Origin: Lama glama
Taxonomy: Eukaryota
Assembly: GCA_028534125.1 (NCBI GenBank)
Contig: CM052838.1
Coordinates: 54,064,001 to 54,128,000, forward strand
Direction of reading: 5' to 3'
DNA length: 64,000 bases
Numbering within the stretch: the first letter of the stretch is position 1; every line of letters starts with the position of its first letter. The notes under the pieces were generated by a model that was not told where the DNA came from, ran no database searches, and worked only from the letters and a program-made list of their open reading frames with translations. A program made the translations under genes and the position numbers. Shown here one piece after another: positions 25,201 to 37,835 of the stretch.

Positions 25201-27254
25201 CCCTTCTTCTCCATGGTTACAATAGGAAAAATAATTTACTCCTAATTACTGAGACAGAGCAGATCGAGGAGGTCCTGGAATGGCCCTGAGATGGCGTATT
25301 GCAGATAGAACTTTGAGGTGGATCTTGGAGAAATGGTAGACATTGGCAAATAGTCTAGATGGATGAAATGGCCTGAACAAAAGCACAGGGTGGACTTAAG
25401 CAAGATGGGAAGTCAGGTGATTTGGCAAGTACATTTGTCTCTCATACACAGCTGTGTATTTTTTGAGGTCAGAAAGGATGATTCCAATTTTGAATTAATG
25501 TATCAAGTGTAATGGTTAGGTTGCTTTTTGCACAGAACTATGGAGAAAATTACAGGTTGTTAAAAATCTAATTATGGCAATTATTTAACAGATCATCTAT
25601 TTCCAATTTTTGAAAAATACTATCAGGAATCAACTTTTAAAGATAATCTGTTCAATGTCACCTCCTATTAACATGTGTATTTATTGACTAACTCAGGGGC
25701 AAAGTGTGATTATTTAATATCTCAAAAAGAGAGGTAACATCCCCCTTTTCTGAGGATATTTAGGGACCTAACTACCTGTGAAAAAATAGATGGCGTAATA
25801 CCTGTTCTCCCAATCCAGCCTCTTCATCCCCCAAACCAGTGCCACACAGTTAAAATAACAGCAAAATTCAGTTAAACCATATATTTTACTATAGATATAA
25901 ACCTTAAATATATGTGTATATGAGTGTGTGTGCACTTGCATGTGTGTAGTGAGAGATTTTGAACAAAGATCGAACACAGACATTTCAACAAAGGAAAAAT
26001 ATTTGGTACAATATGAAAATTAGGTTTACGATTGGAATGCCTTTGGAACCACAGGAGCAGCATACTGATTCTGTGAATATTATGTTTTATTCCTTTACAT
26101 ATTCCCACATGTAATATTTTATTCTCTTTGAATTTGCTTCCAGTGCAGTTTAACCTTGGTTTTGAGAGTGTCCATCAGCTTAATTTCTTTTATTAATATG
26201 AATTATTCTCCTAGCGAGTACAGCTAGCTAATGTGTTTTTCTCTTCATCATTCATGCAGATAGCAAATAAGGAGAGAATATGATTTTCACTTTTGTTTTT
26301 CTCTCAAGTCTAAACAGTGAAATCAGAGAATCTGTTTTTGAGATCTGGAATCTTGGTGTTTGTTGATCCTGTAGGATCAACACACTTGATCAGTTGTGAG
26401 CCAAGCCGTCAGGCAGACTTAATTCACTGTTCAGTAAATTAATTCTATTTTACTAAAGTGACTAAAAACTAAATTTTATATCAATATAAACACTCATTAA
26501 ACTGCAAATACCAAGTTGTGCAAGCTGTTGAAAAAGACTCATTTTTATTTATAGATAGATTCTGATAAGAATAGCATTAAAAGTGTTCCAACAGGGAAAT
26601 GTTTGAGTGATTAATGTGCAGTTGTTTGCATTTTTAATATTTCACTCATATATCAGATTAGTATCTGTACATACTGTCAAACTTTACTCTGTCCTTGTCA
26701 AAACCTTATTACTGCTGACAGGTGTAACATATCCACATTAATCCTTAATTCCTTGATTCAATTTTCTAATTGCTTTTTTGGCATGCGATGGTGGCCATTT
26801 AGTATTATGTGATGTATTCATCATATAGTATAATAATGTGCTTTAAAAATTAGATGTGTCATTTAAAGAACCTGAGCAGGAAAAAAAAATTACTAAGGAC
26901 TGGAAATTTCAAATTTCACTGTCCTTAGACTAAGTGTTAGATATGGTTATGTCACATATTCTGGAGGTTGTCCATAAGTCATAGTCACAGAATGTTAAAG
27001 AGACCTTAAAATCATCCAGCCTACTTGTTCATTCTCCAGTTGGGAAAACTGCCTCAGTAATATGCCCGACATCGCACAACTAGATAGTGGCATATGTGGT
27101 CCTAGCACTCACGTGGTCTGAATCCTGGTGAGAAATGGGGCAGGTGTACCCATAGAATTTTTATAACTGGTATCTTTAAGTTGATTTCTCCTATTAACAG
27201 CCAAGCTTAGAAAATGAGAGGCTCTTAGGCTTCTTAAGCTGTATTTTTTAACAG

Positions 27255-27462
27255 TATCACGTAGTGGTTTAAAACCAAGATACAAGAATCAAACTGATCT
27301 GGATTCCAATCCTGGATCTGCTAGCTGTGCAGAGTATCATCTGACCTCTCTGAATTTCAATTTCTTCAACTGCATAAAATAGAAAATAGCACAATAATGC
27401 GTCTAAAGTGCTTAGCACAGCTCATAGTACCTAGGAAGTACTCCATAAATGTTAGCTAATAT
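27255..27462 (+). mobile_element. MIR SINE
   Basis: gtagtggtttaa...acctctctgaatttcaatttcttcaactg...aaagtgcttagcacag...ataaatgttagcta. Confidence 0.8.
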
Positions 27463-27559
27463 TATTTTTCAGTGTTTTATTATCCCTTTAATATCCATAA
27501 TTTGGATAGAAGCTGAGTCATACCTACCAGTTATCTCACCATGTGACAATTTTATTTAT

Positions 27560-28230
27560 TCTTTCATTTACTCCTTCACTTACCATGTGTAAGATGCACT
27601 TCGTTAGATGCTATAGGTAAGACAAAGAAGACTCCAACATGACGCCTGCCCTGGACTAGCAGGAACCTGGTAGAGACATACAGCGTGTACATCCAGACCT
27701 GTAGTACAAGACTGGGGAACATCAGTTCCCCAAAGTTAACACAGGCACCATGCGGAGACTTTTCAAAGAGAAGAAGTGAGTACAGGACCAACTGACGTGA
27801 AAAGAAACTGGACCTGCCCTCAGGGAGCTTGTTCCAGTGGGAAGACAGGACAGTTAGTTGCCCAAGTGTCACTCAAGGTAGAAAATGAAAAGGGCCATAA
27901 CAATGAAAGAACTAAGGAGGGAGAGACTAAAAACCTCAGACCAGGGAAGGCTTCATGGATGAGTTGGCTTTGTTCAATGTATAACTTGAGGACAGTTAGA
28001 GGCATATAGGAAGGATCTCCCAGACAGTAGAAATATTATGAATGAAGAAGGCACAGATTCTGGAATCCCCAGGCACAGGTGTTGAAGAGCAAGCAATTAC
28101 GTTGACTACAACACAGAGCTTGTGCGGAATAAAAGATGCAGTTTGATGAGTGCGTAGACACAAGAGCCTGGCAACCCTGAAATGACATTTTCGATTTTGT
28201 TTCAGAAAGTGGCAGCCCTCAGCCCATTTA
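27560..28230 (-). mobile_element. L2 LINE fragments
   Basis: L2 tail ttctttcatttactc... and gacctgccctcagggagcttgttccagtgggaagacag. Confidence 0.65.
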
Positions 28231-28397
28231 GACACATAGACATGTGTTGTTTTGTTTCGTTTTGTTTTGTTTGTTTTGGCAGCTAAAGTTTTGAGATTTA
28301 ATGTTTAAATAAATTTTGTCCTTTCCAGTTCACTGTGGTGCCCACCACTTTTTACTGTCTTACTCTACAAGTTAAGACTGTCTTCTTACCTATTACA

Positions 28398-28640
28398 GGC
28401 AGTATGCATGGTGGTTAGGCAAACAGGCTAGGAAGACAGACTACATTTTTCCAAATCCTGGTTTTGTCACCGATTAGGTCTGCAACCTTCGTTATGTTAC
28501 TTAAACTCTTTGAGCCTCAGTTTCATCATTTGTGAAATGAGAATGGTCCCTACCTCATGGGGTAGGACTAAACCCATGTTAAGCATTTGGCACAGCACAA
28601 GGCATGTTGTAAGCACTAAATAAATGTTAGCGATTATTGA
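28398..28640 (+). mobile_element. MIR SINE
   Basis: ggcagtatgcatggtggttag...ttacttaaactctttgagcctcagtttcatcatttgtgaaatgaga...taaataaatgttagc. Confidence 0.9.
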
Positions 28641-31469
28641 GTTACCCGCCTGGGCCTTGGAGGAATTTGAGCTTGCAAGCCCTACTTTGGCAGTCCTGAA
28701 AGTTTTTGAGAAAGGAAATAACATCTTTTTAATCTTTCGAGTCCCAGAGTATTGCACCAAACTCTACCTAAATTGCAATCACTAGTCCAAAGAGAGCAAA
28801 TAATTCTCTTAAATCCTCAACTGCTGAGGATTTAAGTTTCCGGTAATGGGCTTCAGTGTGATTTCTCTAAGTTTCCACTCATTCATTCACTCACTCTTTG
28901 AGAGGGCCACCGGAGGAAGGAGCAGGTAGCCAGCTTTGCCCTTCAGCATCTTCTAAACATCCACTGATTCTTGTAGCAGCAGTTTCCCAGGAGAGATCCA
29001 GTGTTCAAATGCTGGCCTCCCTTTCAGCACATATTATTATGAGTTTTAAGAACTGTAATCTTGAAAATCCTAATGATTCCAGAAGCTTCTCTGGGAACTT
29101 GCTTGTCTTTAATAGCTGAAAAAGGGAAAGAGTTTAACGTAGAATTGTTGCTCCGAAGAACACGAACTTGAAGGTACGAGTCCAGTCGTTTCAAAAACAT
29201 AAGCGTGAGCAAAACAAGTCTTTCGTAAAAGCTCCGTGTGCTTCATAAACAAGGGCTGCTAATTACATAACTGTCAGTGATGTTTTCTGGCACGGTCTAA
29301 CACCAGCTTCTTTCGGTACAACAAATACGAAAATGCCTGGAAGTAAATCACAGTTGCTGAGTGCTGTGGGCAGACAAACCCCTGCCTTATCTCTTTCAAA
29401 GGCAGCCATGGAAAATGCATGATAAATTGCACAGTTCAGTGAACATGTTATGTCATTGTGAAATGATTTTGATTCATGGTTATGTATTTATTGCTAAACA
29501 ACTGACAAACCTCAAGGCATCAGAAATATCGTTCATGGGCTTTTGCTATTTTCTGTTGCAAAGTACAAGTGCTAGAAAGTACTTCTTTTTCTTTAAAATT
29601 CTTCATTGAAAGTGATATTTGCCACAAAATCGGTGGAAATAATTTTTTAAATTATGTGAATTCCTACCAGCAGAATCAAAAGAGCTGTGCTAGTCACTAA
29701 TATTTTAAACATAATGAATAATTCATATTTTTGCTAATATCCTTTTATGAAAATTTTATAGCTAAAAATAGACAAAGTTGTAGGCCAATTTGATTTTAAA
29801 TTAGGATTATAATCTTCTTTCATGTAGTTTATCAATATAAAGAAATTTCTGAATATTTTCTGTACCATAGCAGTAGAATTAAGAGTGAGAGAATTATTTT
29901 AGGAAGATTTTACAGAAATGGCTTTTATGCAGGCACAATTCCTTTTCTCGTGGTCAAGATATTTTACTGCACTGTCTTTATCTGTTGCTGACTCTCTGAG
30001 GTTTGAAGTATTAAATAATGGATCCATTTTATACTTGAAATTTACAGGGTTTTTAAAACTAATTTTTCTCTCAGTTGGTGCTTTTTGCATCGGCATTTGA
30101 TGTTTAAAACCTTTTATCCTAGTGTAAAAAACAGCAGAAAGGTAGCCTGACAAATACAATATGCACAAGGCACGTTAAAAGCATTTAATATTAGTTATTT
30201 TATCAACCAGGGTACGCTCAAATTGTTTCTTGTTTTTCTAAATCTTCCAAACCAAAACCCACTATTTCTCAACTGCTTGATCTGTTTTGTTTGTTTTGTT
30301 GTGTTGTGTTCATGAATGTTTTCTCTTCTGAGTTTTGTAATCAAGGATTTTAACATGACTTTGCATATTTTGAGTAGTGCCATTGAGAGCTTAAGAACAA
30401 AACAACGAAGAAAAGCTTGCCTGATGGTAGAAACGATCAATTATTTCTTAGGTATATTAAAAGGGATTTTAGTATTTCTAATATATCACCATCATTTAAA
30501 CCTGAATTCATTTTATTTTCTCTTAGTATATTTTAACCAATTGACCTTTACATATACTTTGCATTTTATTAAATTAGAATAAATTTCAGTAACCTAGAAA
30601 TACAGTTCAAAACATTCATAGTACTTTTCTTTCAGCCTTGGAATATGACAAGCCTATTCTCTAAATANNNNNNNNNNNNNNNNNNNNNNNNNNNNNNNNN
30701 NNNNNNNNNNNNNNNNNNNNNNNNNNNNNNNNNNNNNNNNNNNNNNNNNNNNNNNNNNNNNNNNNNNNNNNNNNNNNNNNNNNNNNNNNNNNNNNNNNNN
30801 NNNNNNNNNNNNNNNTTTCTTGGAAGATTTTTAATGCCCTTTACTTCTACTGCTGGGGCCACTTTTACCTTCATATTGAAAACTCCCAAAATGTATCTAG
30901 ATGAGGATAATTTTAAAACATGAGATTTATGTTGCTATAAAGAAGAATTCCTTTATAACCACATAAAACCGTTGTCACCAGAAATTTCAGTCTAAGTTTT
31001 GCATGAAAGGGGACATATTTTATCTTTAATGCCTCATTAAACTTTCTGGAAATGGCAATATTCTAAAATATTCTAGGTGGATGACTGCATATGTCTGTAT
31101 TTATTCTGAAAAATTCAAATATCACCAGTGGGGGGGGGGGACTAAACAAATAATTTGTTCTAATAATTAAAGCAGTGGATTTTTTCTTCTATTTAATTTT
31201 GCCGTTAAGTATAGGTGTCACTATGATATGTCAACCATGTCTCACCTGCCGCTTTTTGAGTAAAATAGCCAAACCACCATTCCTAGGCCACAGTGATATT
31301 CCTACTGTTTCAAAGGTGGCAGTGTATTTGAACCTAAATTCTTTGTGTGTTTTTGTGCACACATGTGTGTGTGGATTGTATGTGTTTAGACCTGTGTGTT
31401 CTTGCACATGTATTTATATGTATGTGTGCAGGTGCATGTTTTTTGTACTTTCACACATATGATAAACTG

Positions 31470-31690
31470 CATTGTGTGGTTAAGAATATGGACTCAGAAG
31501 GCAGCCTCCCCAAGGGTGAACCCCAGCCCTGCTGCTTTCTGGTCTTGTGAATTTAGGCAGGATTTTTTAACCTCTTGCTTCAGTATTCTCATCTTACAGG
31601 TTGTTGTAAGATAAAATAAGTTATATATGTATAGCATTTTGAACACTTAATCTGTAGTAAGTACTTAATAGAATATTAGCTATAACTGTT
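31470..31690 (+). mobile_element. MIR SINE
   Basis: tgtgtggttaagaatatggactc...ttaacctcttgcttcagtattctcatct. Confidence 0.75.
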
Positions 31691-32084
31691 ATAATAATTA
31701 TCATACATTCATTTACTCAATTTTATATGTAAAGTCGGTATTTTGTATATAAATGCGTTGGTCGGTGATTATTACATATGTGTTTTGCTGAAGTGATAAT
31801 AAAGATATGCCTTGCTATATGTCAATTACATCTCAATAAAACTGGAAAAAATCTTTTAAAAAAATAGACCAATAGAATATTTTGGATTGTGATAATATAA
31901 TTAGATAAACTATGTTATGTAGTCCATCATCAGTGAGAGAAAACTACTGTGAAAAAAAACAACAAAAGTTGCATAACTTTGTGGCTCTCAGGCCACAGAT
32001 CAGATATAGTGAAATGCGTTCATTTATTCAAGTGCAGGCCTGTTACACATCTACCCTGTGCCAGGATTTAGTGTTAAAAGGACA

Positions 32085-32810
32085 CATGGTACCATGTGAT
32101 CCAGCAATCATGCTCTTTGATATTTACCCAAAGAAGCTGAGAATTTATGTCCACACAAAGACTTGCACATACATGTTTACAGCAGCTTTATTCATAATTG
32201 CCAAAATTTGGAAGCAACCCAGATGTCCTTCAGTAGTTGAATAGATCAATAAATTGTGGTCCATCCAGACAATGAAATATTATTCAGTACTAAAAATAAA
32301 TGATCTATCAAACCGTGGAAAGACATGGAGGAACANNNNNNNNNNNNNNNNNNNNNNNNNNNNNNNNNNNNNNNNNNNNNNNNNNNNNNNNNNNNNNNNN
32401 NNNNNNNNNNNNNNNNNNNNNNNNNNNNNNNNNNNNNNNNNNNNNNNNNNNNNNNNNNNNNNNNGGGGGTGGGGAGAAGGAGGAATAGGCAGAACACAGA
32501 GGATTTTTAGGGCAGTGAAACTGCTCTGTATGATACTATCATGGTGGATGCATGTCATTATGGATTTGTCTAAACCAACAGAATGTACAACGCCAAGAGT
32601 GAACCCTAATGTAAGATACGGGTGACTCTGGGTGATAGAGATGCGTCAGTTCATCATTTTACACAAATGTGCTACTCTGGTTGATAACGGAGGAGGCTGT
32701 GCATGCATAGAGGCAGTGGGTTTATGGAAAATCTCTGTAGCTTCCTCTTAATTTTGCTGTAAACCTAGAACTTCTCTAAAAAATAGTCTGTTAAAGAAAA
32801 AAAAAGTTAA
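32085..32810 (+). mobile_element. L1 3' end (L1MC1-like), sense
   Basis: ORF2 C-terminal words (DPAI.L..IYPK.L..YVHTKTCT.MF.AALFIIAK.WKQPRCPS), then ggatttttagggcagtgaaact...gaaccctaatgtaa and an A tail. Confidence 0.9.
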
Positions 32811-33087
32811 AAATAGAACAAAGCAATGACTACTTTTCAAGAGTTTCAAAAATATATGTCACTATATAATGTCCCAAGAAAAATGTCTTCTAAATGTTAA
32901 TAACCACCACTACAAAAAACTACATATTACTACAATAAAATAGTCAATCAAACTATTAAAAAATGAACAACGATGTGTCTGCAACCACTGTGAATGTAGC
33001 GTTTAGCTGATTAAAGCGTGGTAGGAGAAAGGTAAAATAGCAATGTCATGTAACATTTGCAAATTAAAAATGTGTTTTCTTTTTCAG

Positions 33088-33202
33088 GGGGCACCCAAAC
33101 CAATAGCCATTGAACCATGTGCTGGGAACAGAGCTGCCGTTCTGACTGTGTTTCTTTGTCTACCACGAGGATCATCAGGTGCCCCTCCCCCTGGGCAGTC
33201 AG
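33088..33202 (+). CDS. ATRNL1: ATRNL1 internal coding exon (penultimate; exon 28 of 29 in human numbering as recalled), cytoplasmic tail
   Basis: Acceptor tgtgttttctttttcag|G and donor CAG|gtaaga; 115 nt, phase 0 to phase 1. Translation GAPKPIAIEPCAGNRAAVLTVFLCLPRGSSGAPPPGQS(G) matches the ATRNL1 tail as I recall it; the paralog ATRN reads VPKPIALEPCFGNKAAVLSVFVRLPRG. Confidence 0.96.
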
Positions 33203-36200
33203 GTAAGATGAATGAGGAGCCATCAACAGTTAAGCAAAACATGCAGACAGAATAGAAGAAATAAACAAAACTAACAAATAACACAGTGAAGATATTTACA
33301 AGGTTCTAATTCAGAGCATGGTAAAATTTTGTTTGAATACAAACTTCTACCCGAATATCTAGATATCTGTCTTGCTATAAATTCAGATTTTCCAGTGTTT
33401 CTCTTAAAAGTATGTATTGAATATACATGTATTTGTATATAATAGACACATGCATGTACGTTCACACACACACTTTAATTTGTTGTTGTAATTACGATGC
33501 ATAATCTCACTACCAGGGCAAACACGTTCTTGACGCTTTGGGGCAGCTTCTTTTCTCCCAGTATGTGAGTCATATAGGATGCCAAAGAATAAATATGATT
33601 AGAAATTTGCTTCATAAATACAGAATCAAATGAGGGAACTTGCTTCTATGTTTGGAATGCTTTGCGGCATCAGCGGATGACAGCTCGATGCAGCCATCCC
33701 CGAATGTTTCAGGATATGTTCCTGCTGTCAGCACCAGACAGGTGGGGTTCCCGGATTCAGGGACCCTCTCCTTTAGATGGGCACAGCCAGCCTTTTCCTC
33801 TAATTCTCCTTTTCGTGCATAAAAAGCATATTTTGAATTTGGGGTAACTCTATGTATCCTCTCAGAAGTTTTCTCATTGCTATGATGTTATCCACATTGT
33901 AAACATGCCCAGTCTTGCGTATAACTTGTAATTAAATCACAAGCCATGCTTCTATCTTTCTTTTTTACAAACCCTATTCCATCTGCTTTCAATTTCTGAT
34001 TGTTCTGTCTCCTGATTGTTTTCTCTAAACAACTCTCAGTGAAATGGATGCTTTTTGAGGGTAAGGGTGATTTCAAATCTATCTTTCCCTTCAGTTCCCC
34101 TTAAAGATAAAATAAAGTGCCAGAGATCTAGCAGTTTATCAATAATAGTAATTGATGATGAACTTGCCCCCCTGCTTATTTTTCTTTCCTTAGTTCCCTA
34201 GTTAGCTTTGACCTTGTGCCTTACTTTCCCAATTTGAGTTCAGCCAGACACAAAAGTGGACTACTTTATACTTCATAAATTTTAAGATTTTCATGTAACA
34301 GAATTTTCCTATATGGGGGGAGAGGATTTCCATCACCTTCAGACTTGTGATTTATGGTACCTGATGATATCTCACTGCAGAAATTTCTACCCAAAGTTCA
34401 CATGTAGGCTTTTATTCAATGAAATAAACCTTCTCACACTTTGAGTGAACACCTCGCTTTTCTCCTTTCAGAACCATCAAGGTAAGTGGGATGTAGTAAA
34501 TATAATAGTTTGGCACTGGTCAGATAAGACGGATAATTATAGGTACTGTGCCCAGCTAATGGAAGCATTGTTTCAAGGCTGGGATGATTTCCAAAACAAA
34601 CACTTCACTAATGAAAACAAGTCTGTGTGAGATACACCAAGGTTCTTCTAGATCCTTGACAAGATGACGTACTGATGGGCAGAGTGAAGTGAACTGCCAA
34701 TACTCCGTCCCTTTAACCTTTGAAATCCTTTTGACTGATTCGAAAAATAGCAGTGTGGACCATTACCTCAGCTGTGTTTTATTACAGGTGCGTTACGATG
34801 ACTAATTGTAGTAGTATCTTACGTGTGTGTAGTGTTTTACTCTTTACAAAGTATTTGCCTACTTTTCATGTTTGATCCTTATGACAAGCCTGTGTCCTAG
34901 GTATTATAAAACTCACTTTACAAATGAGAGACTCGGGGTAAGGAAAAATTGAAAAAAAGCACTGAAGTACAGAGCGAAACAACAAAAATACTTACTGCTA
35001 ACATTCTAGGTAATTTTTCCTGGTGATCTGTAGCAGACATCTTACTTCTCTATGATCCACAGTCCATGTCTTCACAAAGCCAAACATTTGGAGGAGTATT
35101 GAAAATGTCTATAAATAATACAAGTAGACAAAACCTTGAGTTACCTCACCACACTTCTTACAGTGCCAGCAGATTGAACTGTGTTGAGTATCTATGTGCA
35201 TAATTCAGGATGAGCTAGTTCTTTGTTTAAAAAAAAAACTAATAAATTTTTTTCTAGCTAACTGTATAGGAGCAGGAAGACTCACTGATCCCCCTTCTTC
35301 AAAATACAGTGTCATTTTCTGTCTGCAGTCTGCTTTGAAATACATCAAAAACATACGTTATTGATGGATGGATAGTAAGAATAGGTAGATGGACAGACAT
35401 GTTGTAATGCCAGTAAAGTAAATGTTAATAGTAGAATCTAAGTGACAGGAATACTGGAGTTCATTGCAAAATTCTTTCCACTTTGCTTATATGTGAAATT
35501 TTTTACGGCAAGACATGGGAAACAAAATTATTTAAAGAACTCTTGACTTCACTGGGAAAGATACGGCAGTGCCTATAGGGGAAAGTTTCTAATGTTCACA
35601 TCTGTGTTTTCCCTAAACAAGGCAAATGCTGACACCAACATACAAACTAAATGATTTATTTTTTTCAGCCTTCATCAAGATACTTGGTGTGTACCCAACC
35701 AATTAAAACTTAACATTGTATCATCCAATATTTGAGAGGAAACGCATTCCAGTGATAATTTGGGAACCATATTGGCTCTTGGGAGGGAAATGTTGACATT
35801 GGTTATCTCACTGCTAGAGTTTGGCTTATCTCATATTTTTACAGGAAATCCATCTGGGTGCCTGTGCTTATCACAGTGCCTACATAAAGAAAGCAGATCA
35901 TAGATGTTTTTGATGATGATGGTGATGACGATGATAGGAGCCCTGGAAACCATGACTTCTATCTGTGAGACGCAGTGAACAACGATAAAATGAGCCGTTG
36001 GACTAGGATTCATTGATGCCCACCTTGCATGCCTAGGAACCTCGTGTTCTGAAGAGCTTCCTCCAGTATTGGTGCAGGGGTAGAGGCTGAGAGGAGTTAG
36101 GAAGATGGTAGAGGAGTAGCTTCACGGAGACTCCTGACCCCATCTCCACTATGTGAATGACAGGGTGCCCGGAGTCTTCTCTTGTCTCTTGTGCTATTTG

Positions 36201-37599
36201 TATCTCCAAATGTTAGCAAATCTATTCACCGATTAATTAGCATTCATTATTAGATTAAAAATCTTCTTGCAGTACTTTGCACAATTCCAAAAAAATTTTG
36301 TATCAGGTTCTTTTTTGAAATGTACCTTTCTAAATGTCGAGTGACGCTTTTCATAATGCACTCTGCATTACCATGAATAAAAGCATTTAAGAGAAGGATG
36401 AGTTTGGGGACATGGAGAAGGCAGAAGCATCCTATGAGCCTGGTGGTTTTTCCTCAGAACTTGAATTTCAGCACCAACAGAAAAATGATTCAGCAACAAG
36501 CAGGGGCTGCTTCTGGCCATCTCTTTTCAGTAGCGGCTAGTGATTTTTTTTAACAATTCAAAATATGGCATTGTCTTTGGACTTTATTCTCTTTCCACCA
36601 AGCAGATATTTCAGTAATATTTAGCAGGTAATAATTAGACATGGCCCTTTCAGTGTCTAAAATGTGTGAAGTCCCTTCGCTGGCTCTCATCTTAACAGAG
36701 GTCAAAAGACAAACTCCAGATTCGTTCTTTAGATTACCCCATGCACTAATCTTTTTTTTTTTTCATGTAATGAATTTAGATGTTTATGAGCAATTCTCCC
36801 CCTAGGTGGCTTAGAAGAGTAAAAGCAAAATATATTCAATAGGCTTTTTGCATTCCTGGAGCTGGGCTAATTAGGTTTCCTGCTCCCCAGCCCTGTACTC
36901 CTGCTGCTTCATTCCTGTATTTCTAGGAGCGACCACTGCCAGCCATGCCAGACTCTCTTGGGCTAACGTGGGATTTCTGCTGTTGGCATATGTACACAGT
37001 CACTTTGTCTTCTGACCTCAAAGTGGTTGAAAGTCTGACATCCTCATGAAAACATGGCATATCAAGTAACCCTGCTGCATGACACTAAACAGCCAAGCGT
37101 GCTTCCTCCAGTCACCTTGGACAGCAGGATCCCCAGGCATTGTAGAGTCACCTTAAGACGAAATGTGGACAAAGTAAATAGAGCTCTTCCAAAGCGTAAA
37201 TTGAAAGTGACTGTGATTGCTGTCACTTTGTGATAGAGGATTATGGATTTCATAGTTATGGATTCTTACTAATAAGAAGCAGATTAGCTTTTCTCACTGG
37301 ATTAAAGATCCCAGCAGCCCAAATGTCCACTGCCAAAAGGGACCAAAGTGCTTCACCTAAATGTGGAATTTTGCCCTGATCTTGTCTCATGTTTGGTTAA
37401 CATTAGAAAAAATATACTGCTGGAAAGTCTAAGGTTTGAACATTTTTTTTTCCTTTGGCTTAGAAGTTTTGGCAGGATGACCAGATAATTTGGAAAAATC
37501 TAGAAATATTGTACTATGTTTAAAATAATAGTCTACCCACAGTGTCACGGGTAATGACAAAAAAGGAGAACTTTGGTTTAATCAAATGAAAAGAGCAAG

Positions 37600-37835
37600 A
37601 ACTAATCATTCTGAGCATCGTAGCAGGTGCTTTATGTACACTTATGGTTTTATCCCTCTTCATGAATCTGAAAAGTAGCTGTTATTATCCCACTTTTACA
37701 GATTAAAAAAAAAAACACTCTGAAAGAGATTAAATGACTTGTCCATGGCCAATACAGCTAGTGAGTGAGTGATCCAGAACTCAAACCCAGGGCCACCTGG
37801 ATCCTCAGCCTGTGAGATTCTCCCTCATCACTGCG
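37600..37835 (-). mobile_element. MIR SINE
   Basis: ttattatcccacttttacagat...agagattaaatgacttgtccatggcc...ctcaaacccagg. Confidence 0.8.

Larger units (their letters stand above)
1..33087 (+). other. ATRNL1: 3' part of the large ATRNL1 intron upstream of the exon
   Basis: No other recognisable ATRNL1 coding exon upstream; repeat-rich non-coding sequence. Confidence 0.85.

Noticed and set aside
30316-30582. Exon-like ORF (FVIKDFNMTLHILSSAIESLRTKQRRKACLMVETINYFL)
   Set aside because: Needs a rare GAG acceptor and a weak gtatat donor; no similarity to ATRNL1 or any protein I recognise.
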